Positions 16,662-30,730 of a stretch of DNA of 64,000 nucleotides are shown in pieces. Below the pieces are notes generated by a model, which saw only the letters and a list, made by a program, of their open reading frames with translations, was not told where the DNA came from and did not search any database. The stretch lies in the NCBI RefSeq assembly GCF_009914755.1, contig NC_060928.1; one strand, 5' to 3'. Source of the DNA: the human T2T-CHM13v2.0 reference genome, Homo sapiens. The position numbers were made by a program, and so were the translations under genes. Every line of letters starts with the position of its first letter. The first letter of the stretch is position 1.

Positions 16662-18055
16662 TAAGATGCAGCGTTCAGGTCATGTTCCAGGACCATCCCC
16701 AGTGCACCAGGAACTTGCATTCAGTTTAGAACATTCAGTTTCAGAATTAAAACAAAACAGTAGAAACCCAGGGAAAGATGAATTTTCTTTAAATGAGTAG
16801 AAGAATAATTGATAAGGCCAAAAAAAGTCAGTTTCTGGGATACCAAAAAAAAATCTAATGACTAGTTCATTTGATTCTGGAGATAGTTATCATATTCTAA
16901 TCCAGAAACAATTTATCCAGGAAAGAAAGGCCTATGATTTACCATAGGAGTTGCCACATAGTTTCATAAAAAAAATCAGATACACATTTACTGTCTGGTA
17001 TCTTCACAATAAACTGCTGGACAAAAGATTTCAAATAAAACACCTGGCAATCCATTTACCATGTTTAAGGGCCAAAATGAATTCGCAATTTTTAAGTATT
17101 CCATATAGCAGCAACTTGACCCTGTTTAAGTTTTGGCTCAAGTTTCAGAGTTTGGGATTCTGAATTTTTTTAAATAATGCTTTTGGTAAAATAGTTAGTG
17201 TTTTAAAATACAAAGATATAATTTCCATGTAACATTTGTGCTGTGTCATTTGAATTTTGTAACCATTACTTGTAACAATACTATCACATAGAGCTAGAAT
17301 GCCTTGAGTCTAGGTAGCACTGACCCTTTCATAATAGTTGACCTACGGTAAGCATAAGGGTCATTTGTACAGTTAAAACAGCAAGCCACATCTTACATCA
17401 TCTCCTTTTTTAAGTAGGCCAAAATTGAGCACCTTCATTATTTTACTGACATTTCATGATTCATATTAAAAAACGCATTGATTATATAAAAGTAAACGAG
17501 TCAGTTGTATTTTCAGAGAATAAAAGATTGTGCTTTATAGTTAAACTATTAAGCTGTCACTAACTTACATTAAGTTATATCTAGAATGAACCTCCACAAA
17601 TGCATTTTAAAAACCCCAACCTTCTAATGGTTGAAATGCAGTGACCACCAACCCACCCACATGATTAATTGGTTTGGTTCCACATTTGCCTTGGGCCAGA
17701 GCTCTTAGAATGTTTCTCTGTCCGCATTCTCTGCTTAAATCCAGCTGGGCTTGCCTGTTACTCAAAAGGAGAGTGCTCCCAAGGTGGGGCTTCTGGAATG
17801 AAGGGTGAGACACAGCACAGCCTGCAAAGCTTAATGGCATCACCAAAAAGCTGAAATGAATTTAGTCTTTCATTCTAGAAAAATGTATGGCAGGACTCCC
17901 ATATCCCAGGCATTTGAAGTGTTTCTGTTGATATAAAAAGAAATGAGAAGAAAATCACCCATTCATGGAGTAGCCTTTGACACTCATATCCTTTCTCAGA
18001 TTGCTTTGGAACAGAAACTTCAAGTACATTCAGTAACTTGGCTGGAGAGGTATAG

Positions 18056-18277
<222 letters not shown>

Positions 18278-18352
18278 AACTGACCTGTGATATTTTACTT
18301 GAATTTGTCTCCCCGAAAGGGACACAATGTGGCATGACTAAGTACTTGCTCT

Positions 18353-18372
18353 CTGAGAGCACAGCGTTTACA
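18353..18372 (+). promoter_or_regulatory. miR-30c target site
   Basis: GTTTACA seed match (18366-18372) plus CTGAGAG (18353-18359), complementary to the miR-30c 3' end. miR-30c is an established MTP repressor. Confidence 0.8.
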
Positions 18373-19407
18373 TATTTACCTGTATTTAAGATTTTTGTAA
18401 AAAGCTACAAAAAACTGCAGTTTGATCAAATTTGGGTATATGCAGTATGCTACCCACAGCGTCATTTTGAATCATCATGTGACGCTTTCAACAACGTTCT
18501 TAGTTTACTTATACCTCTCTCAAATCTCATTTGGTACAGTCAGAATAGTTATTCTCTAAGAGGAAACTAGTGTTTGTTAAAAACAAAAATAAAAACAAAA
18601 CCACACAAGGAGAACCCAATTTTGTTTCAACAATTTTTGATCAATGTATATGAAGCTCTTGATAGGACTTCCTTAAGCATGACGGGAAAACCAAACACGT
18701 TCCCTAATCAGGAAAAAAAAAAAAAAAAAAAGTAAGACACAAACAAACCATTTTTTTTCTCTTTTTTTGGAGTTGGGGGCCCAGGGAGAAGGGACAAGAC
18801 TTTTAAAAGACTTGTTAGCCAACTTCAAGAATTAATATTTATGTCTCTGTTATTGTTAGTTTTAAGCCTTAAGGTAGAAGGCACATAGAAATAACATCTC
18901 ATCTTTCTGCTGACCATTTTAGTGAGGTTGTTCCAAAGACATTCAGGTCTCTACCTCCAGCCCTGCAAAAATATTGGACCTAGCACAGAGGAATCAGGAA
19001 AATTAATTTCAGAAACTCCATTTGATTTTTCTTTTGCTGTGTCTTTTTGAGACTGTAATATGGTACACTGTCCTCTAAGGGACATCCTCATTTTATCTCA
19101 CCTTTTTGGGGGTGAGAGCTCTAGTTCATTTAACTGTACTCTGCACAATAGCTAGGATGACTAAGAGAACATTGCTTCAAGAAACTGGTGGATTTGGATT
19201 TCCAAAATATGAAATAAGGAAAAAAATGTTTTTATTTGTATGAATTAAAAGATCCATGTTGAACATTTGCAAATATTTATTAATAAACAGATGTGGTGAT
19301 AAACCCAAAACAAATGACAGGTCCTTATTTTCCACTAAACACAGACACATGAAATGAAAGTTTAGCTAGCCCACTATTTGTTGTAAATTGAAAACGAAGT
19401 GTGATAA

Positions 19408-19413
19408 AATAAA
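19408..19413 (+). terminator. MTTP distal polyadenylation signal
   Basis: AATAAA with a downstream GU/U-rich element. Confidence 0.75.
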
Positions 19414-20562
19414 TATGTAGAAATCATATTGAATTCCTTTTGTCTTTTGTTACTTCCAACACCATATTTCTCATTCCTGCCACTTTCTGAGCCTAGACAC
19501 ATACACAGTTAAGCCTCTGCAGCAATACAGGTCAGGCCAGGTTCTCTAGATGGGAGACCAGACCCATTTGAAAAATGGGCCACTGAAAATATCAGCAGTC
19601 AGAACCTCTTAAGGACGTGTGAGCTTGAAAACATGCCATAACCCCAGTTTTCATAAAGCTCTGGACTGGCCCCTTTACTGTCATGTTACTAAAAAGGAAG
19701 AAAGGAATCAGAAACTAAGGTGGTGGGTGGAGCATGGTATGTGGTAGCATCAGCCTTGGGGAAACCACTCTGTAAAGATGCTGACGTCGCAGGGAAAGTG
19801 AGTTGGTCTAGGGTACTAAGCTGAAGATGTTGTGGACTCAGGCGCTTCAGCCCTGTGAGGTTTAACAAATCACAGCCACCTCTGCAAAATGTAATCATTT
19901 ACTTAACAATGATGACTGTGGTGCTCTGAATGTTAGTGTTTTGCCATTTCCCAACTGTTTACTGGGCTGCTGAGCCAAGTATCTGCCCACCCAGTGGAGA
20001 ATGGATGATCCTGAGCAACTCTAACATGCTCCAAAGAAACAAGAAAGCAGCAGCATAGGACAAACAGTAACTCCTTTGTAGATAAACAAGACAGAAAATG
20101 AAGAGGGGTAGAGTGATAGTCCACATTTGGAAATAAGATATTGGAGCCAGAAAAATAACTTTAAACCTCATTTGCAGTCCTCTAGTTCTGACTACTTCTC
20201 CATTATAAATGCCAGCATACAGACACATTTGTCTTCTGAAAAGACATCTATTTGGGAATTGTATAGCCCCCTAATGTGAATCTCCAGGCCTCTGTCCAGT
20301 CAGATCTTTCCTGCAAGCTTTAAGATTAGCGTGGCTTCTTTTCTTCTGTGAAGTGTTATTGTCATTCCCTGGCTCATGTTGCAGTCCTGCCTGTGACAAG
20401 TTGCTCCCTGCTTCTCTAAACTGACCACCTTCAAGTAAGTGTTAAAGCTAACACTTACTGAGTGCCTATTATATGCGAGGTATTTTAAAGCCTTTTCCGT
20501 ACATTAATTTAATCTTCATAAAAACTATATTTAATAGGTAGCATTATTTCCATATGATAGAT

Positions 20563-20879
20563 CAGCACTAAGAGAAATATAATATGAGTCACATAAGCAA
20601 TTTGGAATTTCTAGTAGCCACATTAAAAATGTAAACCAAAACAGGCGAAGTAAACTGTAATAATATATTTTATTTAACCCAAAATATCCAAAGTATTATC
20701 GTATCAATATATAAGTAACATAAAAATTATTAATGGGAAGCTTTACTTTTGTGGGGAAGATTAGGTCTTCAAAATGTGGTATATATCTTGTATATAAAGC
20801 ACATTTCAGTTTGGATGAGACACATTTCAAGTGTTCAGTAGATGCATGTGGCTAGAAGCTGCTGTATTGAATAGTACAA
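20563..20879. mobile_element. MER33/MER3-family hAT-Charlie element
   Basis: tttctagtagccacattaaaaa...tatattttatttaaccca...cacatttcaagtgttcagtag...gtggctag motifs. Confidence 0.8.
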
Positions 20880-21030
20880 TATTGGGCACACAAGACATTT
20901 AATTTGCCCCACAGAAGACACTTTCTCACTTAGAAAGTGAAAGAACCAGGACTCAAATATGAGTAGTTTCACCTCAGAACCTGCTCTCTGAACCCATTAT
21001 AGGATGTTTCCCACATGCTTTTGGTTTTAA

Positions 21031-21408
<378 letters not shown>

Positions 21409-21469
21409 GGACTTGTTGCCCTTTCTCTGTGGTCGTTCAGTCTCCTCCTCTGATGGAATCAGAAGCCCA

Positions 21470-23640
21470 CCATAATCAATTGTAGAACGCATCCATCATT
21501 CCAAAAAGAAACCTGTACACTTTAGCTATCACTTCCAATGTACCCATCTCCCAGCCCTAGGAAATCACTAGCCTACTTTCTGTGCCTAGATTCATTGTGG
21601 ACAATTCATATAAATGCACTCATATATACTATGTAGTCTTTTGTGACTGGCTTCTTTCACTTAGCATTGTGTTTTCAAGTTTCGTACACGTTGTAGCATG
21701 TATGAGCACTTTATTCTTTTTTATGGTCAAATAATATTGCACTATACAGTTATGCCATGTGTTTATCCATTCATTAGTTAATGGACATTTGGTTTGTTTC
21801 CACCTTCTGGATATTATGAATAATTCCGCTATGAACATTTGTGTACAAACTTTTTGGTGGGCATGTGTTTACATTTCTTTATACTTAGCAGTACAATTGG
21901 TGACTCAAATGGTAACACTATATTTAACTTTTTGAGAACTGCCAGAATTTTCTCCAATGTAACTGAACCATTTTACATTCCCACCAGCAGTGTATAAGGG
22001 TTCTGATATTTCCACATTCTCACCAACACTTATTAATATACTTCTTTTTGATTATAGTCATCCTAGTGGGTGTGAAGTTAGCACTATATTTCGAATAAAT
22101 AAAAAAATGTATTTGGCTGGGTATGGCGGCCCACACCTGTAATCCCAGCACTTTGGGAGGCCAAGGTGGGATGATTGCTTGAGGCCAGGAGTTTGAGACC
22201 AGCCTGAGTAACATAGGAAGACCCTCATCTCTACAAAAAATAAATAAATAAAAAAATTAGCTGGGCTTGGTGGCACATGCCTGTAGTCCCACCTACTCTG
22301 AGGCTGAGGTCGGGGAATCGCTCAAGCCCAGGATGTTGAGGCTGCAGTGAGTCGTGATGGTGCTAATGCACTCTAGCCTGAATGACAGAGCGAGACCCTG
22401 TCTCAAAAAAGAAAAAAAAAGATTCAAGTCCTTGCCCTTTTTAAAGTTGAATATTTTTCCTTTTATTTTTGAATTGCAAGAATTAGTTATATATTTTCAG
22501 TGTAAGTCCCTTATCACATACATAATTTGCAAAAATCTTCTCTCATTCTGTTGGTGTCTTCACTTTCTTGATAACGGCCTTTGAAGTACAAGAGTTTGTA
22601 ATTTTGCTGAGATACAATTTATCTCTACTTTTTCTTTTTTGTTTGTTTGTTCTTTTGGTGTCATATCTAAGAAACCATTGCCAAATCCAAAGTCACAAAG
22701 ATTTAACACTATGTTTTCTTTTAAGAACTTCATATTTTAGCTGTTAAATTAGTCCATCATGGTTAATTTTTTATATAGTGAGAAGTAGAGGATCAAAATT
22801 TATTCCTTTGTGTATGGATTTCCAGTTGTCCCATCATTGACTGTTGAAGAAACAACTCTGTCCCCATTGAATTATTTTGGCATCCACAAACATGAAGGCT
22901 CATTTCTGGACTGTTAGTTTTATTCCATTAATCTCTATGTTGATCTTTATGCTAGTACCGCACTGCCTTGATTACTGTTGCTTTGTAGTAAGTTTTGTAC
23001 TTGTGAAGTGTGAATCGCATATTTTGTTCTTTTTAAAGATTGTTTTGGCAATTCTGAGTCCCTTAAGTTTTCATATGAATTTTAGGATTAGCCTGTCAAT
23101 TTCCACAAAGCCAGCTTGGATTCAAATGGAGATTGTGTTGAACCTGTGCATCAAAAATTAATTATATTGTCTCCAGGTCCATGAACACGAAACATCTTTC
23201 CATTTATACACATCTTGAATTTCTTTCAACAGTGTTTTGTAATTTTCAGAGTATAAGCTTTGCACTTTTTTCGTTAAATTTATTTCAAATGTTTTATTCT
23301 TTTTGATGCTATTCTGAACACATTTGTTTTGTTTCATTTTTTCATTGTTCATTGCAAGTATATAAAAATATAGTTTTTTTTTGTATAATATATTGCTCCT
23401 GTAAAAACAAATTATGTTGCAACACTGCTGACCTCATTTATTCATTCTATATCTTTTGGTAATAGATTCTTTAGAATTTTCTATGTAAAGAATAATGTCA
23501 TTTTTGAATAGACATAGTTTTACTTCTTTCTTTCCCATCTGAATGTTTTTCTTTTTTTATTTTCTTGACTAATTGCCCTGGCAAGAACCTCCAGCACAAT
23601 CTTGAATAGAAGTGGTGAGAGTGGACATAGCAAAGATGAT
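21470..23640 (-). mobile_element. L1M (L1MB-like) ORF2/3' fragment, interrupted by an Alu
   Basis: Minus-strand peptides match L1 ORF2 (EINLTKKVQSLYSENYKTLLKEI..KWKDVSCSW; MFIAELFIISRRWKQTKCP..EWIN). Confidence 0.9.
22114..22420 (+). mobile_element. Alu (AluJ-type) nested in L1
   Basis: Dimeric Alu with A-tail. Confidence 0.95.
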
Positions 23641-23760
23641 AATGCTGGTGAAAAATGTGGTGGTGGTGACAGCAGTGACAGACACTAATAACCACGGGAC
23701 ATGAAAGGAAGGCCCAAATTGTTTGGCAGTAGCTCTAGTTCTATTTTCACTAAGTAATAT

Positions 23761-24092
23761 ACAGTTGTTCCTTGGTATCTGTGGGGGATTGGTTCCAGGA
23801 CCCCTGTGGGTACTAAAATCTGTGGATGCTCAATCCCTTATATAATGGCATAGTATTTGCATATAAACTACACACATGCTTGAGTATACTTTAAAGCATC
23901 TCTAGATTACTTATAATACCTAATACAATGTCTAAACATCACTTCATTCACATGGCTTCAACTTAGTAGTCAATGTGGGGCAAATTCAAGTTTTGCTTTT
24001 TGAAACTTTATGAAATTTTTCTTCCGTATATTTTTGATTCTCAGTTAGTTGAATCTATCCATAGATGGAGAACTCATGCATATGAAGTATTG
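23761..24092 (+). mobile_element. MER2 (Tigger) element, inverted relative to the 13403 copy
   Basis: cagttgttccttggtatctgtgggggattggttccaggaccc...ctctagattacttataatacctaatacaatg. Confidence 0.88.
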
Positions 24093-24319
24093 TAAGTTCT
24101 GCTGTGCTTGAAAATTAATAAAAGCTTATTTGAACGTTTAAAACACTTTCAAGATAGTCTAGATGTCTGACTGCACAGAGAAGAGATACACAACTTGAGG
24201 TGCCTGTACCAGCACTAAGGATATGTTTGAGATTCAGATTGGTTGAAGCTTCAGTGTTGTCAACTTAGTCAACTTCCTCCCCTAGAAGGAAGCGGGGAGA
24301 GAAAGGGAATAGGACAGGG

Positions 24320-24500
24320 AGGCCTGGCTTAGAAATCCAGTTCCACTACCTGCTGGATCTTGGACATGGGATTCAACCTATCTGCCATTTCCAAAATGGG
24401 TATTATAATCTTTATTTCATTGTGTTGTTTTAAGGATTCATGGAGATAATGCATGTAAAGCATACTGCCCAGCACATACTTGGTAGCATTTGGTTAATGT
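24320..24500 (+). mobile_element. MIR
   Basis: aaaatgggtattataat...aggattcatggagataatgcatgtaaagca. Confidence 0.7.
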
Positions 24501-26914
24501 TTTTAATTTTGGAGATGTAGTGAGCAATATCTTATAACTGATCAGTTTTAATAAAAAGGAGTTTGTTTGCACTTTATTTCTACCTCTTCCTTACAGGTAG
24601 TTGGAGAGCATAGTAGTAATTTTCTCTCTAACTCTCCAGAATTGGTGCAGAATGGCATGAAAACCTTTCCCATGCAGCATCCAGGAAGGTAGGAGGCAGG
24701 GGATTGCAGCAGTGAGGAGATTTGGAGTAAGATACTCCTGCATACGTGAAATCTCACCTCTTCTTCTTACTACTGCTACATAAACCTTCAAGCCTCTCAG
24801 CTTCTACATTGGGAAAATGAGCAGCACCTCATAGGTTGTTGTGAGGATGAAGTAAGGTAATAAGCAAGTTCCTGGCGCATAACAAGCATTTAATAAGTAC
24901 TCATTAATACTAACTTTTCATGTGCAGTCTTATACAATTTCTGAGTAAAGCAACATTTTATGTTTTGACTCAATGGAGTGAATCTATTTTCTGGACATTC
25001 ATCCATGAACATCATAAGTTTTGGAATGGCTACCAGTTTTGTTTATTTATCATGAAAACACTACTTTCACATTATAAAAAATTATTCCTCCATTTTGTAA
25101 AAACATGACTTTCATCCATTTCTCTGCATACCTAAATTGACCTGAGATTTCACTGATCCTTTCTTTACCATTTTTCTTTGCTTTTGTCCTCTGTAAATAT
25201 GATAATTACCAAGAGTAAAAGAATAAGTCTTTTCACTAGGGGGCATGGAATGAATTTAAAATTCATCCACAAAATAAGAAAGTTCTAGTAGAAAGTTTTT
25301 GGAGAAAATCTTAAGAGAACTCTACATCATAAATAAAATGGATAGGATTTTTGAGAGGAAAGAAAATACCAGAAGACACCACTCCAGCTCAGTCATTCTT
25401 GTTTAGGACTTGAGCAGAATGTCATATCTATGTTTAAACTTCTACCTATTCTCAGTCTTCATCTTCCTTAACATCAGTTTCTCCTTCCATGTCAAGGCCC
25501 CTATAAGAAATAGGGTTGTTACATGAAACTGAAACTGGGTAATTTGAGGAGAGCTCAAAAAACTCTATAAAGATGTGGGCAGGATATAGAAAAAACCACA
25601 AGGGATGATGTAGCTCCCTGAGGCTCCTAACAACAGGGATCCCAAAAAGTCAATGGAGGGAGTGATTATTGGCATCCATAGAATATAAACTGTGTTGGTC
25701 TGTGGCCTTGGGTAGAGGGATGCAACCACCCTCACCATCTCCACTGGGTGGAAACTAGGGAAACTCTGTTTTCACTTTCTTTCATCTCTCTGTCTTCTGT
25801 TGATGGCACCCCTTAGCTGAATCAGCCAGGAGCCAGAGGGCAAGAGTGCACTATTAATCTAAACTATATACAAAGCAGGTAGAAACAGTCAAGAGTAGTT
25901 TGAAGGGGAAAATGAAGGAAATCCAGCCAAGCTTATATGATGAGTCCTTCTCTACAACTTGTTAATTTATTTAATCATTTGTCTTATGCAATATGGAGCA
26001 CCTATTAGAATCAAGAAATGTATTAGACTAAAAAAAAAGCAAGATATGCTGCTTTATCTCAAGAAACTCGGTGAAGTGAGGGAAGCAATACATGTAAAAA
26101 TAGTTTAGTTCAATGATACAAATGTAAAAGAAACATATCCAAAATCCTAATGGAGCATAAAGAGAAAAAAGATGAAGAAAACATCATCGAGGAGGTGATA
26201 TTTGAATTAGGCTACATGGGTACTTTACCTCAACCCCAGCTGCTACTTAACCAACTGCTATTTTCCTTTAACTTTGTATCAGCTTCCATTACTGTCCACG
26301 ACATCTAAGACCCCAGCATAGAGTCAGGTCTGCTAGTCTTCAGCTTGAGTGTGCAGAGAAATAATCTGCAGTCTTACAGAGCCTGTTGTAAAAATTGCAA
26401 TCCTATTTGATGAGAGTAGAAAAAAATATGAATATTTAGACTGATAAAAATTCCACTGCTGGAGGTATATTAGCTAATCATTTACCTCCTATCTTGGGAT
26501 TATAGTTAGTCTAGAGTGACATTAGTCATCCTTTGCTACCATCCTATTCATAAAAGCTTAATTTATTCATAGTTAACTGGAACATGATGTAAATCTGTAA
26601 GCTATTTTCACCCTTCTATTTTTAATAGAAAGATTCCTGCCATAATCTTCTAGGATTACATGTAAAAGTGTGGACATTCTCTTTCCAGAATAGGCTTTAG
26701 TTATAAATTAACTGATTTCCTTTGTTAGTGAAAATGAGTCAATGTTATTTGGTTTGGGGATATCTATCTTTTTAAAATACTTCTCCCACTCAATTTGCCT
26801 GAAGATTAACCATGTAAACAGTCATGGAGTAAAATTTCAGGGTGCAATGAATCTTTCAAATTGCCAAGATACACAGAGATGCTTAAAGGTAGAGATGCTC
26901 TCATATATTCCTCA

Positions 26915-27211
<297 letters not shown>

Positions 27212-27259
27212 TTAACATTACTTAACATGCCTAAACAAAGTTTTCTCTACCTTTATTAT

Positions 27260-27490
27260 TTAGCAAACATTTTATATTACACTTGTTAAGTGCCATGTAC
27301 TGCTCTAGGCCCTTTACAGGCATTAAATCAGTTCCTTCTCATAAGAACCCTACCAAGTAGGAACTATTATTACACACTAGATTTGTTTAGGAAGAATCAA
27401 AACAGAGGGATTCAGTGACTTGTCCAATGTCTCACAGCTGGCGAAAGGCAGAGTCTGGATTTAATTCTGCAAGATTTAACTCTAGAGGAG
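27260..27490 (-). mobile_element. MIR (antisense)
   Basis: gtgccatgtactgctctagg...ctcataagaaccct...gtgacttgtccaatgtctcacagct. Confidence 0.65.
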
Positions 27491-28456
27491 TCTGCTACCT
27501 ATGGCAAGATCCAGTCTGAGCTCCTAAGACTAGAATTCAATTCTCTCCTCACACTCAGGTTCCACACTTCATTCCTGTCTCCTATGCATGACTTTTCATG
27601 AATATCACCTTTCCTGCCCCTGAAATATGCACTGTCCCAAACAGATCTTACCCTTAGCTGTTTGTTTCTGTGTTCTTGCCTTCCCCCTTCCCTTCTGCCG
27701 AAACAAATCTTACCAAGCCCAGCTCCTATTACATTTTCTGCACATAGAATCTGCCAGCTATGGAGACACTTGCTTCCCATGTATGCTTATTAAATATATA
27801 ACCCAACTGGAAATTAACCAAACCAACTTAGGTGACTGCCTTTCTCTGTTGCCTTATGTCATTATTTTTTAGAAGTTTTACTTTAAGATTACTTATGTAA
27901 ATATCTTTCTAAATAAAGTGTGAGCTTCTCAAACTCAGCGCCATGTATATATCCTCAGTATTCTTCATGCAGTGTATAGTCTGTGTTCAATGACCCCTGA
28001 GCTGTTCCCTATGGATGCTAAGGACATCCATAACTTAAACTGCTCTTCAGGATGTCCAAGGTGCCATTTGAAGTGGGCAGATTTCTGTTACAGCCTCCAT
28101 AGCAAAGCAATTTACTCTCCCCTCATGCCCTGGTACTCTGACACTTCCCTCAAAAGAAAAAAAAAAAGATAAATGTTCAAAAAATAAAGGCTAGATTAAC
28201 TGTATCAATATAGAAGGAAAACAATATTTTTTAAGAATTGTTTTTATGAAATGTTCACAAAAACCCTGAGGCAGGCATTTATTGTCTCCATTTTTAAAGA
28301 TCGTTGAGGAAAATGAGGATTGGAGAGAAAATATCTCACTGGGGACTAGTACACTAATATAATGGGTCAAGAGCAGAGTTTTCTACTCAGGAATATCAGT
28401 CTTGCTGCCGTCCAGGAAGTGACCAAACTGTGTTGCCAGGGCACAGTGTTCCAGAG

Positions 28457-28636
28457 CAGTGGTTCCCAAATTTGCATGAGAAGCACCTGGAGGGCTTGTT
28501 AAAATACAGATTGCAGCTTCTCACCACTCCCTGTCCATTTCTGATTTAACAGGTGTAAGATGGTCTGAGGGTTTGCATTGAAAACACGTTAAGTTTCCCC
28601 TGCTGTTGATGTGGGGACCACACTTTGAGAGCCCTG
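28457..28636. mobile_element. MER5A with 8-bp TSD
   Basis: Terminal inverted repeats cagtggttcccaaa / tttgagagccctg; TSD ttccagag / ttctagag. Confidence 0.88.
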
Positions 28637-29267
28637 TTCTAGAGAAACTTGACCCAGGAACGAAGAAAGACAAGGACAATCCTAAGACCACATAAGACCA
28701 TTAGTCCATTACTCTTTCCTGATGTCTGTAAAGTAGCAAGTGAGGGAAATGTCAAAGTAAAAGTTTATATACTACTTTCTGCAGTGAAATATGTATTTCT
28801 GCAAATCACAAGGAGCTGCTCATGCTTCCACCTTCAAGATAATTTGAAATAAGTGAAGTGCTAAAATATGAGGTTTCTAAATGCAGTGTTTGCATGGCAG
28901 CTCTCATTAGCATAGAATATTTCTAAGGAACTGGTGATTTAGGTGTGTAGGGGGATGGTGGAATTGGGAGATGGAGGGAGGAAGACATTTCAAAATCTCA
29001 TGTGTCAAAATTTCTAAGAATGCTCATGCACTTTTGTTTAGTAATTCTAATTAGAGGACTTTACCTCATGAAAATAATCAGAGATGCTTACAAAGATTTA
29101 TGTTCAAAAATATTTATTGCAGCATCATTTTCATAGCTCCAAACTATAAATACTTTAAAATATGAGATTGATTAAACATATTATAATACAGCTATATGAG
29201 AAAAAAGATAGAGCAGTTAAAAGTCATTCCTCCAAGAATATTGGAAGACAAAGAGGTAGAATATTGG

Positions 29268-29615
29268 TGTAAGGAAAATGGATGTGCTGTGGTCAAAACA
29301 GGCCGAGGCAGACATCCAGTCCAGCATGACTCAGTGAGTTTGGAGCAGAGGTGCACAACTCTGCTCATTGTGTAACCACGCCACATGAGGCGCATTAGGT
29401 GATCACCCACGTGAGTTCATGCTAGGCTTGGAGCGACTATTGTTTGTAAAAGGTATAATTATCCTGCTAACGCTGTACATATGGCTCGTGCCTGGACTCG
29501 CTCGTGCCTAGAAAGAGTAAAGCCATGTCGAAACTGTCTACGTTTCCTTGAGTGTTTTTCCAGCTCCCCCGCACTCGCCCACCGACTCCCCTTGGATCTT
29601 CGTTAGAACCTGACA
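29268..29615 (+). mobile_element. Solo ERVL LTR (LTR18-like), 348 bp
   Basis: TG...CA termini, perfect 5-bp TSD ATTGG (29263-29267, 29616-29620), internal TATA-like and AGTAAA motifs. Confidence 0.85.
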
Positions 29616-30221
29616 ATTGGTAAATGAAGAGGTACAATATTATGAAGCAAAAAAAAGTAGACAACAAAATAGCATGTAAAATATCAAATATACTTATAAA
29701 TATTTATTTTCTAGAGGCAATTTGTGCAGTGGGTCTCCAAGTAAAAATTTTTCCCCCTGCTTTCTAATTTTTAAAATATTGTAATTAAATTTTTTTCAAT
29801 GAATATGCATTATATTTGTAAATATAATGCATACAAGGAATCCCAATAAATGATTGAGTATTTTTAAGTACGCTGTATAACAGTGAATTTGAAGTTTTCA
29901 GAAGCAGAGGTTCTATAATGGGGAGGTGTATCATAGCAGTTAATGTTTCTTGAATGCTAACTATAGGCTAGGAGTGATACATATTATCTCATAATTTTCT
30001 CATTATAATGATACATATGTCATAAATATAATATGGTATATTGTAATACTGTTAAATATATTGTGTTTGTGTATATTATATACATAAACACACACTATAG
30101 TGTTTTATATACTGTTAATAATAGTGCTATTACTAAACTTATTTCACAGAGATGATACTGATTGAAGAACTGACTTAAGAATTCCTTTTAAAAAAAACCG
30201 TTTAAAAACACCTCTTAATGA

Positions 30222-30730
30222 GTATGGTGCTTTTAAAACATGTCCCCCAGTTCTTGGCACTCCACCCATTGAGAGGTAGAATTTATGTTCCTGTCCATTG
30301 AATCTGGGCTCTGTGATTTCCTGTCAAATAGAGATGATGAAAGTGACTCTGTCAGTTTCTGAAATAGGTCTTAAGAAACTGGCACTGTCTGCCTCCTGTC
30401 TCTGGGGATACTTACTGTTATAACCCAGCCATCATATTCTGAGGAAGCCCAAGCAGCAAGATGCCCAAATGAAGAGGAATCAAGACCCTTTTCTCTTGGG
30501 CCTAGCTAAGCTTCCAGCTGACAGCTAGCATCAACTTGCCAGTCATGTGAGTGTGCCATCTTGGAAGTGGATTCTCCCATTCCTAGACTGATACTATGTG
30601 AATCACACCCAAATCTGCCATGCTGAGCCCTGCCTGAATTGCAGATTCATGAGCTAAGCAGATGATTTTTGTTATTTTTAGCCACTAAGTTTTGAGGTAG
30701 ATTGTTTCTCAGTAGTACATAACTAGAACA
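30222..30730 (+). mobile_element. MLT1 (F/G-like) MaLR LTR
   Basis: ctccacccattgagaggt...tgaatctgggct...gaggaagccca...aagccactaagttttgagg...aactagaaca. Confidence 0.85.

Larger units (their letters stand above)
18278..19432 (+). other. MTTP: MTTP 3' UTR
   Basis: Follows the stop. AATAAA at 18588, 19282 and 19408; the last is followed by a U/GU-rich tract (ccttttgtcttttgt). End is approximate. Confidence 0.8.

Noticed and set aside
21629-23352. ORFs resembling reverse transcriptase/ORF2
   Set aside because: Fragmented, frameshifted remnants of an old L1; not an active element or a novel gene.
25500-25930. Possible old LTR remnant
   Set aside because: Too degenerate to assign family or boundaries by eye.
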